NCBI GenBank assembly: GCA_037447605.1
Contig: CM074808.1
Coordinates: forward strand, 1,178,001-1,242,000
Source of the DNA: Zygnema circumcarinatum SAG 698-1b
Taxonomy: Eukaryota; Plantae; Zygnematophyceae
DNA length: 64,000 nt
Direction: 5' to 3'
Part shown: piece by piece, positions 22,447 through 35,125 of the stretch
How the letters are laid out: every line of letters begins with the position of its first letter
How positions within the stretch are numbered: position 1 is the stretch's first letter
Notes under the pieces: model-generated
Seen by the model: only the letters and a program-made list of their open reading frames with translations
Databases searched by the model: none
Told to the model about the DNA's origin: nothing
Made by a program: the position numbers and the translations under genes

Positions 22447-25400
22447 GGGTCAGTTTCCATCAGCCCGTTATTCCGACGTGGCGTCGTAATGGACGACGAC
22501 CCATGGGTTCCATCAGGCCGTTTCCACCAACGTGGCGCCGACGTGGCTGCCACGTGGTAACGAGGCACCGTTCCCCAGGACGGTCCGAAGAAGGTGGTGT
22601 AACGCCATTACGACCATTCGCGTGCCGCCACGTGGCTACAAAAGATGCGCCAGCGTGCGACTGCCACGTTGGCTGGAAGCCGTCAACGCTCGGTGACCGC
22701 CGGTCGTGGTCGCAGGTCGCTTCAGCGCCGAGGAAACTTCCGAAGGTGCAGCCATGGCTGCCAACTTATCTGGAAAACCACGAGGAGAAGCCCGAGTGCC
22801 TGCGAACGGACAACGGGCGTTCCATGAGTCAGTCAGCCAAAGGGCGTAGAAGCTCGTTGCAGGAGGGAGGGCTGCAGAGTTAAGCTCTGGCACTTAACCC
22901 TAGAATAGGGGATGAGCACGGAGGGGGCTCTCTTCCCATTCTCGCCTTAGGATTAGGGTTTGGAGACGGCTCTGGAGCATGCCGGAAGGGGGGGGGTGTG
23001 TCCCTTTACTTCTCGTGCCGATGGAAATTTTTTGTTAGAGGGAGGAGGGAGATCGCACTCTATGAAGGTCTAATGGTTGTGTCGCTACTACTCCTCGGTT
23101 TAGAAGCAATTTATTAGGGTTGTAATTATTATTATTCTTTTTGTTTAATTAATTTGAGTACGTGATTGGCAATTTTTCATTGTCAGATTTTTGCTTCCAT
23201 TCTCTTGGATGGCTTTTTCTAATGATGCTTATGTTTTGGAGAGGAAAAAAACGAAATTGGAGTGGCTTTGCGGCACCAAAGCCAATGGCTAAAAAATGAG
23301 GGAAAAATAAAGGGAAAGAAGAAAGATTGAGGAAGGGGAAGAGAAATAGAGGTGTGCATAGAAACCATTGCCTCTTTGTTTTTGTTTTTCGAAAATGATT
23401 TTTTTTCGCTTTATCTTTGCCATTTATTGTCTCTTTGTGTGCCTTTGTAGTCTGTAGTTGTTTATGTAATAATTTTTCCGTAGGGTTGTATGTAATTCGC
23501 AATAAGAAGCAAGCAGCAAGAAGCAGCAAGCAGCAAGCAGCAAGCAAGAAGCAAGAAGCAAGAAGCAAGAAGCAAAAAGCAAAAAGCCAGAAGCCAAGCC
23601 AGAAGCCAGAAGCCAGAAGCCAGACGCCAGAAGCCAGAAGCCAGAGACCAGTAGCCACAAGCCAGAAGCCAGAAGACCGAAGCCAGAAGCCAGAAGCGAA
23701 GCCAGAAGCGAGGAAGCCAGAAGCCCGGCCAAGCCAAGCCAAGCCAGAAGCCAAGCCAGAAGCCGAAGCCAGAAGCCAAGCCAGAAGCCAGAAGCCAGAA
23801 GCCAGAAGCCAGACGCCAGAAGCCAGAAGCCAGAAGCCAGACGCCAGAAGCCAGAAGCCAGAAGCCAGAAGCCAGAAGCCAAGCGAAGCCAAGCCAGCCA
23901 GAAGCCAGAAGCCAGAAGCCAAGCCAAGCCAAGCCAGAAGCCAGAAGCCAAGCCAAGCCAAGCCAGAAGCAGAAGCCAGAAGCCAAGCCAAGCCAGCCAA
24001 GCCAAGCCAAGCCAAGCCAGCCAAGCCAGAAGCCAAGCCAAGCCAGAAGCCAAGCCAGAAGCCAGATTCCGCCAGAAAGCCAGAAGCCAGAAGCCAGAAG
24101 CCAGACGCCGCCAGAAGCCAGAAGCCAGAAGCCAGAAGCCAAGCCAAGCCAGAAGCCAGAAGCAGAAGCCAGAAGCCAGAAGCAGAAGCCAGAAGCCAGA
24201 AGCCAGAAGCAGGAAGCCAGAAGCCAGGAGCCAGAAGCCAGAGCCAGAAGCCAGAGGCCAGGCCAGGCCAGGCCAGGCCAGAGGCCAGGCCAGAGCCAGG
24301 CCAGGAAGCCAGAAGCCGAAGCCAGAAGCCAAGCCAAGCCAAGCCAAGCCAAGCCAAGCCAGAAGCCAGAAGCCAAGCCAAGCCAGAAGCCAGAAACCAG
24401 AAGCCAGAAGCCAGAAGCCAGAAGCCAAGCCAAGCCAAGCCAAGCCAGAAGCCAGAAGCCAAGCCAGAAGCGAAGCCAGAAGCCAAGCCAAGCCAGCCAG
24501 AAGCCAGCCAGAAGCCAGAAGCCAGAAGCCAGAAGCCAGAAGCGAGAAGCCAGACGCCAGAAGCCAGAAGCCAGAAGCCCGAAGCCAGACGCCAGAAGCC
24601 AGAAGCCAGAGGCCAGGCCAGAGGCCAGGCCAGGCCAGAGGCCAGGCCAGGCCGGGAGGCCAGGCCAGGCCGGGAGGCCAGGCCAGGCCAGGCCAGGCCA
24701 GAGGCCAGGCCAGAGGCCAGGCCAGGCCAGAGGCCAGAAGCCAGAAGCCGAAGCCAGAAGCCAGAGCCAGAAGCCAGAAGCCAGAAGCCAGAAGCCAGAA
24801 GCCAGAAGCCAGAAGCCAGAAGCCAAGCCAAGCAGAAGCCAAGCCAGAAGCCAGAAGCCAAGCCAAGCCAGAAGCCAAGCCAGAAGCAAGCCAGAAGCCA
24901 GAAGCCAAGCCAGAAGCCAAGCCAAGCAGAAGCCAGAAGCCAAGCCAGAAGCCAGAAGCCAGAAGCCAGGCCAGAAGCCAGAAGCCCGGCCAGAAGCCAG
25001 AAGCCAGGCCAGAAGCCAGAAGCCAGGCCAGAAGCCAGAAGCGGAAGCCAGAAGCCAGAAGCCAGGAAGCCAGGAAGCCAGGCCAGAGCCAGGCCAGGCC
25101 AGGCCAGAGGCCAGGCCAGGCCGGGAGGCCAGGCCAGGCCAGAGCCAGGCCAGGCCAGGCCAGAGCCAGGCCAGGCCAGGCCAGGCCAGGCCAGGAGGCC
25201 AGGCCGGAGGCCAGGAGGCCAGGCCAGGCCGGAGGCCGGAGGCCGGAGGCCAGGCCAGGCCAGGCCGGGAGGCCAGGCCAGGCCAGGCCAGGCCGGAGGC
25301 CGGGAGGCCGGGAGGCCGGAGGCCGGAGGCCGGAGGCCGGGAGGCCGGAGGCCGGGAGGCCGGGAGGCCGGAGGCCAGGCCAGGCCAGAGCCAGAAGCCA

Positions 25401-27683
25401 GAAGCCAGAAGCCAGAAGCCAGAAGAAGCCAGAAGCCCGGCCAGAAGCCAGAAGCCAAGCCAGAAGCCCGGCCAAGCCAAGCCAGAAGCCAAGCCAGAAG
25501 CCAGAAGCCAAGCCAAGCCAGAAGCCAGAAGCCAGAAGCCAAGCCAGAAGCCAAGCCAAGCCAGAAGCCAAGAAGCCAGAAGCCAGAAGCCAGAAGCCAG
25601 AAGCCAGAAGCCAGAAGCCAGAAGCCAGAAGCCAGAAGCCAGAAGCCAGAAGCCAGAAGCCAGAAGCCAGAAGCCAGAAGCCAGAAACCAGAAGCCAGAA
25701 GCCAGAAGCCAGAAGCCAGAAGCCAGACGCCAGAAGCCAGAAGCCAGAAGCCAGAAGCCAGAAGCCAAGCCAAGCCAGAAGCCAGAAGCCAAGAAGCCAG
25801 AAGCCAAGCCAAGCCAGAAGCCAGAAGCCAAGCCAAGCCAGAAGCCAGAAGCCAAGCCAGAAGCCAGAAGCCAGAAGCCAAGCCAAGCCAAGCCAGAAGC
25901 CAAGCCAAGCCAGCCAAGCCAGAAGCCAAGCCAAGCCAAGCCAAGCCAAGCCAAGCCAGAAGCCAAGCCAAGCCAAGCCAAGCCAGAAGCCAAAGCCAGA
26001 AGCCAAGCCAAGCCAAGCAGAAGCCAGAAGCCAGAAGCCAAGCCAGAAGCCAGAAGCCAGCCAAGCCAGAAGCCAGAAGCCAGAAGCCAGAAGCCAGAAG
26101 CCAGAAGCCAGAAGCCAGAAGCCAGAAGCCAGAGCCAGGCCAGGCCAGGCCAGGCCGGGAGGCCAGGCCAGGCCAGGAGGCCAGGCCGGAGGCCGGGAGG
26201 CCGGGAGGCCGGGAGGCCGGGAGGCCGGAGGCCGGAGGCCAGGCCGGAGGCCGGGAGGCCGGAGGCCGGAGGCCGGGAGGCCGGGAGGCCGGAGGCCGGA
26301 GGCCGGAGGCCGGAGGCCGGAGGCCGGGAGGCCGGAGGCCAGGCCGGAGGCCGGAGGCCAGGCCAGGCCAGGCCAGAGCCAGAAGCCAGAAGCCGGCCAG
26401 AAGCCAGAAGCTGGAAGCCAGAAGCCAGAGGCCAGAAGCCATAGGCCACAACCCAGACGCCAGAACCCAGACGCCAGCAGCCAGAAGCCAGAACCCAGAA
26501 GCCAGAAGCCAGAACCCAGAAGCAGCCAGAAGCCAGAAGCCAGAAGCCAGAAGCCAGAAGCCAGAAGCCAGAAGCAGAAGCCAGAAGCCAGAAGCCAGAA
26601 GCCAGAAGCCAGAAGCCAGAAGCCAGAAGCCAGAAGCCAGAAGCCAGAAGCCTCTTGACAACAAAGAGAGAAATCAGCCAATGGAGAATAGACATACGTG
26701 TCTGTCTATGGCGGAAACACGACCAATCAGACAGAGCTGAGCTTTGAAACATTCCTGACAGCAGCCAGACTCATTCTGGCTCTAGCACTACTTTTCAAGA
26801 TTAATGTATCAACTGTGCAGTAATGTGCCTTGATGCGGAATTAGCAAAAAATGGAGCTCAGTGTCTGCAAGCACGTAATTACTTTCGAATGCAGCCCCTG
26901 AACGTTCTCAAGGTGCAGGTGCAGGAATGGATTGAGCACTTAGTGGCGTCGGGGGACAAAACAGACTTCCCTCGAAATGTATTCTCTCTCACAGTCGTGA
27001 ATGGGGGGCCATACACAATTGTGATTTGTAATGCTTTAGCTCACCCGTTCAACATACATATCCTCTCAATTTCTCAGTAATGGATTCAGCTGAACTTAAT
27101 CTTCATGCTCTTTGTTGGAAACAATTCAGAAGTTGTTCCATGTGTACCTGCTGTTGAGAAAGTACATCACCGAGCACAAGATGGCTTACGAACGAGAGTG
27201 GCCAATTGGTGGTGTGCAGATTATGAAGGCACCAGCATTAGTGGAGCATTAGTGGAGCATTAGTGGAGCACCAGCAACAAGAGGGCTCTTCGATCCATAC
27301 TGTTGCCGGAGAGTGTTGCTAGTACTACCAAACCTGGGAGAAGACGACGCAGAAAGGGAACGGATGCCTCCGGCCGTGGAATTGCGAGGCAAACGCCGCG
27401 AATGACGTTGCCGCGAAAGGTAGGGAAGAGGGGAAGAGAAGGGAGGGGGGAGGTGGCGGCTGCAGTGGCGGCGTCCGTCGCCTCCTGCAAACCCTAAAAA
27501 ATTGTCGACGGTGACGCGCGTACGGTAACCGCGGTGGGCCACGGCGGACGCTTCAAATCGTGCACGTGGCGATCGCTGATTGGAAAACGGCGTTTTGATG
27601 GAACTCGTCATTTTATCTGCAAAACGGCGTCCTACGTGGACCGTAATGAGCTCGTTACGAAACGGGCTGATGGAAACTGACCC
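22447..27683. mobile_element. Non-autonomous PIF/Harbinger-like (or Zator-like) DNA element carrying a satellite
   Basis: Perfect 23-bp TIR GGGTCAGTTTCCATCAGCCCGTT; 3-bp TSD TGA at 22444-22446 and 27684-27686. No transposase motif seen. Confidence 0.85.
23504..26652. repeat. 3.1-kb complex satellite of AGAAGCC / AAGCC / AGGCC / GGAGGCC units
   Basis: Directly visible; the plus strand is almost free of T. Confidence 0.98.
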
Positions 27684-28346
27684 TGAGTCGCGGCAGTTGC
27701 AGGAATGGCCAATTCAAACTCTCAACTGAAAGTGCACTATTGCTGTTTTTCCAATAGACCATTGAACAATGAGGTAAATAAATGTTCGATTTCTCAACCT
27801 CCTCGGTAGTCTGGCAATCATTGCACACGCCGTACCGACAGTGGCCTACGACCCGAGTGAACGGTCCCTACGGTGGTCCCCCAGTGGCAACTGTACGGCT
27901 TAGTACGGAAGGGCCCGTTTCCAGCCCACCCAGTGGAGGCCGTCGCGCCACGCGGCGGAGTGTCGGTACCGGCGTGGCCCGCTCAGGGCCGCCCGCCCGG
28001 GCGGGCCCCCCCGGTCAAGCTCCCGTCAGGCCGGCCAACCGTTGCCGGCCAACCGTTGGATCGCTCCTGCGTGTCTCAGAACTGCGGTACCGTACTAAAA
28101 AGCAGTGCTTTTGAAGTCTGACAGCCCCCAGTACGGCTGAAAGAACTATCCTCCGGTTGATTCTGTGCAGCCTGACAGGCCTTAAGCGAACTTAATTCGT
28201 GCGACTCGTGCTGCCTTTGTCAGTCAGAGGATCTCGATTTTGTGAAAGTACGGTACCGTACTACCAGTACAGTAGGTTTAAACTCTGAACAATCAAAGAT
28301 TTTGGCTGTTGAAAACAAAAACTATTCGTAGTCGGTGTTAAAAAAA

Positions 28347-29256
28347 GGGTAGTGTTATTTCCACCCCTTTTTTTGGATCCAAACACCCTTTCCCGGCCGG
28401 GCAGATTTCAAAAAGGATTAAAAACGGAAAATGCTTTTTTCACGCCTTTTTGGAATCGATATCCACCTTCTTCCGTCGGGTAGATTTTATTTTCGCAAAT
28501 GATACACCGTCACCCCATTTTGACTATCCTGCCTCCCTGATTTTTTTTTTGAGAGAAAAAAATATCGGCCTGCCCGAATCCGCTCGGAGCGGAAGATCCG
28601 TCCGCCACGAGATCGTTCGCGGATGTCCATCCTTCACATGTGCGGTGAATCGGAGCCGTCAATTCCCCTGCAGATCGTAGCACTGCAGATCACCGTTCGA
28701 TCTGCAGCCGGGCTCTGTCCCAGCGAGTCGCACGCGCCCACGTGTCCGACCAAAGCCAGCTCGCACGTGCGAATGCGCGTGTCCCTCGGCCCGAGATCTC
28801 CGCAAAATTATGTAGCTGGACCAGCCAGCCTGCTGCGGCTCGCCGAATTGTCAGCTGTGAAGCAATCAGCATCTGCCACGTGCTAAACTTATGACGTGAC
28901 AAATTCTGATTGGTTTAAGCTCTCAATGTACAAAATTTTGCGTTTCCTCGAAGTTGCGACCGTACGACGTTTGTACGGACATGTTTTTGAGATGCCTTTG
29001 GCGGGATACGTGGGTACTTGCCATTCGCTGGGACCGAGCCCGGATGCAGATCAAACTGTGATCTGCCGTGGTGCAATCTGCTAAGGAATCGACGGTTGCG
29101 ATTCATCGCAAGTGTAAAGGACGGACACCCGCGAACGATCTCGCGGCGGACGGATCTCGGATCTTACGCTCCGAGCGGATTCGGGCAGGCCGATATGTTT
29201 TTCTCTCAAAAAAAATTCAGGTAGGCAGGATATTCAAAATGGGGTGACGGGGTATC
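28347..29256. mobile_element. Long-TIR element of the GGGTAGT family, right end truncated
   Basis: Left end matches 35126 and 36184. Internal inverted arms about 28500-28760 / 29000-29256; the outer ~150 bp of the right arm is missing. Confidence 0.8.
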
Positions 29257-29277
29257 CGATATAAAACGATAATTTAA

Positions 29278-31094
29278 GGGGCCGACTATTTACAGTGTAC
29301 GGATTCTGAATGTAGTGTACGATTTCGCCGGGCAGCAAAAAAAAGGTTTTTTTGGCGAAAAATGCTGTTTCACACTTTTCAGAATAGATACAGACCTTTT
29401 ATCGTCGGATGTACGGATGGTGATTTGAAATGTACGAAGCGCGCGCGTCTACAAGGTATAAGGGCGCAACACGTGGAGCGACATGATTGGCCGGGACAAC
29501 ATATGACGTGTCAAGTATGTTTGGGACCGTGACGTGACGAAACGAGACGCGACAAAAGTGGAGTCCGCGGACGGCAGTCGGAAATGGCGGGAAAAAAACT
29601 GACAGATTTCAAAAACTCATTTTAGGGTTTGTCAACGTCTCCCGCACCTCCTTCGTATAGTTCGCGCTCCTCCCTCCGCGCTCTGCTCACTCTCTCTCTC
29701 TGCTCTCTGCTCTCTGCTCTCTCTCTCTACAGGGAGATGGAGTTCGTTACGCAGGAGGAGTTCATCGATGAAGGAACTTCACAAATGCTTCCTCAGGTGT
29801 CTGGGTGGTTAAACCTAGGGTAATTTTATGCCTTTTATGCCTTTCTTCTTCTTCTCCTTCTCCTTTTGTCTTTTGTCTTTTGTCTTCTGTCTTCTGTCTT
29901 TTGTCTTTTTTCTTCTGTCTTTTGTCTTCTCCTTCTCCTTCTCCTTCTCCTTCTCCTTCTCCTTCTCCTTCTCCTTCTCTTCTCCTTCTCCTTCCTTCTC
30001 CTTCTCCTTCTCCTTTTGTCTTTTGTCTTCTGTCTTCTGTCTTCTGTCCTTTGTCTTTTGTCTTCTCCTTCTCCTTCTCCTTCTCCTTCTGTCTTCTCCT
30101 TCTCCTTCTGTCTTCTCCTTCTCCTTCTCCTTGTCCTTCTCCTTCTCTCTCCTTCTCCTTCTCCTTCTCCTTCTCCTTCTCCTTCTCCTTCTCCTTCTCC
30201 TTCTCCTTCTCCTTCTCCTTCTCCTTCTCCTTCTCCTCCTTCTTCTCCTTCTCCTCCTTCTTCTCCTTCTTCTCCTGCTTCTCCTTCTTCTCCTTCTTCT
30301 TCTTCTTCTTCTTTTTCTTCTTCTTCTTATTCTTCTTCTTTCTACTTTCATCTTCTTCTATTGTTGACTGTGACTGGAACCCGGTTATTGGTTGTGACAG
30401 AAACTGATCAAAGGGCTCGGGTGGTGTGGTGGATCTCCTTGCAGCATATAGCCAGGAGCCCTGGCGGCTGGGCTACATGCGCTTGGATCCCTCACACGTG
30501 GAGGATCAACTGGAGACTGCTCTGATGCAAGTCACTCGGATAGGCTTCAGTAATCATTCAGGCATTGGACTAGGCAAGATGTTGATAGGGATGATAAAAG
30601 CATTCAGGCTGCAGAAAGGGTAGCGGGATGAAGCGAGCAGGATGTTGGACATATGAAATGACAGAATTTTCTTGAAGCGTACCCCAGCCATGGTGTGGCT
30701 GGGGATTTTCTGTGTATTAAAAAAGTCTCCTTGACGTTGACAAACCCTAAAATGAGTTTTTGAAATCTGTCAGTTTTTTTCCCGCCATTTCCGACTGCCG
30801 TCCGCGGACTCCACTTTTGTCGCGTCTCGTTTCGTCACGTCACGGTCCCAAACATACTTGCCACGTCATATGTTGTCGCGGCCAATCAGGTCGCTCCACG
30901 TATTGCGCCCTTATACCTTGTAGACGCAGGTGCTTCGTACATTTCAAATCACCATCCGTACATCCGACGATAAAAGGTCTGTATCTATTCTGAAAAGTGT
31001 GAAACAGCATTTTTCGCCAAAAAAACCTTTTTTTTGCTGCCCGGCGAAATCGTACACTACATTCAGAATCCGTACACTGTAAATAGTCGCCCCC
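29278..31094. mobile_element. Long-TIR element (about 360-bp TIRs, 8-bp TSD; Mutator-like or Merlin-like)
   Basis: Arms 29278-29639 / 30735-31094 are near-identical. Termini GGGGCCGACTATTTAC / GTAAATAGTCGCCCCC; TSD TAATTTAA at 29270-29277 and 31095-31102. Confidence 0.9.
29840..30360. repeat. Compound microsatellite (CTTCTC)n with GTCTTCT/GTCTTTT heptamers
   Basis: Directly visible inside the 29278-31094 element. Confidence 0.96.
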
Positions 31095-31700
31095 TAATTT
31101 AAAATCGAAATATTAACTTGGCACATGCGGCCATATCGAATGAACTTCTCGAAATTCGGTGTCTCCTTCGTACCCGAAAATGGGGTACAAAAATGAGGTT
31201 AAGATTACCAAGCCAAAACCCGACACGTGGCAGACCGACTTCCACGGCAACCCCTGCTCTGCTCTTCCTCTGTTGCTGGTCCCTTCGCGCGGCGCCACGT
31301 GGCGCTCTCTCCCTGGCGCGAGCCGCGCTAATGCGCCGCCCTTCCGGCATGCTTCCGCGCTCGCACGTGCGAGCGGTGGCGGGCAGCGGCGGAGGGCAAA
31401 AAGTTCACCCCCCAGAATGGTCTCGTCCCGTTGGACGGCCCTCGCCCGCCCGCCCACCCCGGATCCCCCCCGGGGGCGGGGCGTACGGCTGCCTGCGTAC
31501 GGACGACTTTTTAGGGCTGACACGTGCCCGGCCGGCGGCGGCGTCTGGCGGGCACGAGCTGCCGTACGGCCGGATGCGGACCTTGTTTTCTCCCCACGTG
31601 CCATCCACGTGGCGTTTTCTCGTTGGCTCCAGCGGCGGCCCTCCGGCGTCCGTTCGCTGCCTGGGTGGTTGAACGGTAATAAATTGCTTGGGCAGCTCTA

Positions 31701-31861
31701 GGGGATGTCAGACTTGGCAAAAACTTACGAAAAAGAAAAGTTACGAAAAAGAAAGGTACGAGAGTACACCGCTGCAGGCTGATCGCTATATCAACGGGAT
31801 ACTCGTTCTTGTGAAAATCTTACGAGTGGACATACTGACGATTTTTAAGTCTGACGACCCC
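31701..31861. mobile_element. Small MITE candidate
   Basis: GGGGATGTCAGACTT / AAGTCTGACGACCCC inverted repeat (13 of 15 match), flanked by TA on both sides. Confidence 0.55.
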
Positions 31862-32912
31862 TACTAGCACTGAGGAAAAAACTTCCCTAAATCTGATACC
31901 GAAACGAGTACTCGGTTGATATTGAGACGCCCTTGCAGAGGGTACCAACATTCGTTTAGCACTACTGAAGAAATGACTTGCCGTTCGATTCTTTGTGAAG
32001 CCGTGCAGGATTCCGTTTCTGAAGGAGCAAAAAAACCATCCGCCTCAGTTTCCAACCTCAACCTCTGAAGAAAGTTGAACCACAAAATCCGATCCGGTCC
32101 GTTGAACTTCCAATTCCACGAGCTTCGTTAATCCATGGATCCATTTCCGGTGGATCCGCGCGAGCCCCCCATTGGCCGTCCGCATCTCCCGCGCCCGCGG
32201 CACGCGCGTGGGGGCCCTCCGCCCCACACTCAGGGCGCCCCCGCCGCCTGCCGCCACGTGTACGTACGGACTCTACGCCACGTGGCGAAGATCACTCGTG
32301 TCAGCGACGCGTTTATGTGGTCGCTTGTGCCACGTGGCGGGAATGTAGCACCACGTCACTGGCGCCGAGCTGAGGGCGCGCGCAGGGCGCACGCCGCCAC
32401 GCGCTCGCCTCAGGGCGAGGGCGAGGGAGGGCGGGAGGGGGGGAGGGAGGGAAGGAGGGAAGGAGGGAGCGCGGCATAAGAGGGGCCTCCGCCGCCTACA
32501 GTGCCGCAAGAGTCCAGCAGATTTGGATCCCTATCACCGCAACATTGCCGACGCCTCGCGCAGGTGAGCGATCTGATGCCTTGCGCGGCATGGGGGAGAG
32601 GAGGGGGGAGGGAGGAGGAGAGGGGCGAGAGTGAGCATCGGCAGTTGGGGGAGGGTGGGTTAGGGTACAGTGAATGGATAGAGTTTAGCTGGGAAGGGAA
32701 TGGGGGGGGGGAGGATCGGGATGACTCTTGGTAATAGTAAAGGTTTTTGGAGGTCTGTGAGGTGTGGTGCTGCGGCAGGGTACGAACAGTCGGCAAGGTA
32801 GGCTTTTGCGAAGTTGACTTGGCTTCAGATAACGTGGGAGAGGCTTGAAATGTGAGATTAAATGGTTCGTGGATGAGGGGCGCAGAAAGCACCCAAGCGA
32901 AGGCTGTGCACA

Positions 32913-34336
32913 ATGTCGTCATACACAATACCGCATAACTGCACCGCTCCTCCCGGAAACGCCGGTGATGCGATTGAGTACCGTGTTGGAGGCCTGTTCG
33001 GAATTCTGGTGGCCGGCCTGTACGCTTGCTTCCCCCGATCTCTGCCTTTCCTGCGTGTGTGTGCGTGGAAGCATTGGTGAGAGCCTCTCGAGCGGTTTTG
33101 CCAAGTGCATTTGTCTCTTGCGCCTGCAGGGCCGGTTTCTTGGCGCCAGTGTTCTTTTCAGTGAGCGAGCGGATGCGGCTGCCCTACTTCCTCATTCAGG
33201 CGTTTGCAGCAGGCGTGGTGGTCGCGACCGGGTTGGTGCACGTCTTACCAGGTAGGTCGGCAGCGTCCCCTCCAAGGGAGATTACTGCTGCGGTGGCGTT
33301 GAAGCGAGAGAGGGAGTGGAAGAGGAGGGAGTGGGAGGAGAGGCGTCCTAATGCGGGGGTGTGATTCGGGTGCAGATGCTATCAAGGCGTCAGAAAACCA
33401 CTGCGCCGGCTTCGATCCTAAATTTCCATGGGTGGCCGTCCTCACCCTCTTCTCCATTTTCGCCACTTTCTCTGGAGAGCACACCCTGAGGAAAGTTCTG
33501 GAAGCTCGAGCTGCGAAAAGGGCCTTCGTTGAGGGCGGTGAAGGTGAGCCTGAGAATACGAATAAAGGTGGAAAGCTTTTTCTAAGGCGGGACTTTATTC
33601 AACGTGAACCAGAAAGATATAATGGACATAGTGGGAATGGGGCGGCTGGAACAGGTGACGAGAAGGGAGTTGTGGAGGACAACGTTGAGTTCATGAGACT
33701 ACAGAACTACCGTGTCATTGCGTACACTCTAGAAGGCGGTGTTGTCTTCCACTCCGTCTTTGTGGGGCTCACTTTCGGCACCTCTAAAAACCTCCGCTTC
33801 GTGAAAGCCCTCACCTTCGCCCTCCTTTTCCATCAGGTGGGCAGCTCAACTCCACTCGTCTCGACGGTTTGCTACCTCTGTTTTTGCTACATTTTCTTCT
33901 GCAGCTGCATTTTGGAGCCATGCTACCAACGCTTTCCTTTTGAGCCGTCCTTCATTCCATATGTTTCCTCCCGCTTGGAATGCAGGGCTTTGAAGGCGTT
34001 GCACTGGGCGGAGCCATCTCCAAAGCGAAGCTCGGCATGGGGAAGGTCCTCCTTTTTGCGCTAATCTTTGCAGTGACCTGCCCTCTGGGGGTGGCCCTGG
34101 GGGTCATCATTGGGAATTCGTACAACGAGAACAGCAAGGAGGCCCTGGTCACGGAGGTGATCTTCAACTCTATATCGTCGGGCATCCTTCTTTACAACGG
34201 GCTCGTCGACCTCATTGTGCCCACCTTTGAAGAGGACCCCGAGTTGGCGCCCAAGAGCACCTTCCACTCTGTGTTGGGAGTTTTAGCCCTCTTCGGTGGA
34301 GGTGGCTGCATGAGCCTCATTGCGAAATGGGCTTGA
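32913..34336 (+). CDS. ZIP (ZRT/IRT-like) metal transporter, paralogue 1, about 346 aa
   Basis: Exons 32913-33019, 33130-33251, 33376-33836 and 33986-34336 join in frame. Motifs FAAGVVVATGLVHVLPDA, LEGGVVFHSVFVG, ALLFHQGFEGVALG and MSLIAKWA. An extra in-frame intron near 33545-33655 is possible. Confidence 0.93.
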
Positions 34337-35125
34337 AAATATACATAGTTATACTTCCGAAAGAAAGCAGTGTAGTAGCACCTCCGGGCAGGAAGGCGAG
34401 AGAGAGGGTGTGTGTCTCTCTCGCACTGACCTGCTTAGAGCATAAATGTAGCCATCAGAGTCAGATTAAATAACAAGGGTTTGTCGCACGTGGAGCAAGA
34501 ATGTCGCTTTGTTCAGAAGAAGAAGGTAGATTGTTTCCTCGCGTTGCTGTCTGTACACTACTGTAAAACCGAACAGATTTGAGGAAAAAGAAATTCAAGA
34601 TTTTGGCTTCTCACGAACCAAAACCAAACCAGTCTCTCAAAAGAAAACCCTATTTTTGTGAACACGACGATGCATTTTGAGAAATGATATATGGATGCCT
34701 AAACTTTTCTCTCTATACAATGTTTGTGGAGAACCAATTGAACATTGAACACTTAGTTATCGTTCATGCTCAATTCGAATTTTCCTTGCTTATAAGGTCC
34801 GTGTTACCAATAGGCGGGCGCTACTATGTTAGAGTTCCTGTGTGTCCCTACGTATCGTATCATATCGTATATTTAGATACACGAGCTCCTATTGGTGCCA
34901 TACGTAAACCGTACAATTTAGAGATTCTGTTCGTATTTACCGTACAGCGTAATAGCGTGACCCATGTTTGAAATTCGTTTCGATAAACAGATTTTGTATT
35001 GAAAGATAGGGCAGGTTAGGTTAACACCCCTAATACATTAACACAGACTCACCGTACTAAAAGTGGTTTCGGCAAAATCAGGGCGAATTTCTTGGGGAAC
35101 GTCAAGTAAGAGGGTGGAAAATATT

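Larger units (their letters stand above)
21829..28315. mobile_element. Foldback element with bipartite long inverted arms, interrupted centrally by the Harbinger-like element
   Basis: Outer arms 21829-21901 / 28206-28315 (right arm has a ~39-bp insertion). Inner arms about 22035-22395 / 27712-28071 are near-identical inverted repeats. No TSD found. Confidence 0.75.

Noticed and set aside
23149-26752. Four ORFs of 1085-1171 aa (LASGFW / SQKPEAR repeats)
   Set aside because: Satellite artefact: the plus strand has almost no T and the minus strand almost no A, so stop codons cannot occur.
29805-30525. Poly-Leu, poly-Arg and Ser-Pro ORFs
   Set aside because: Translations of the (CTTCTC)n microsatellite.
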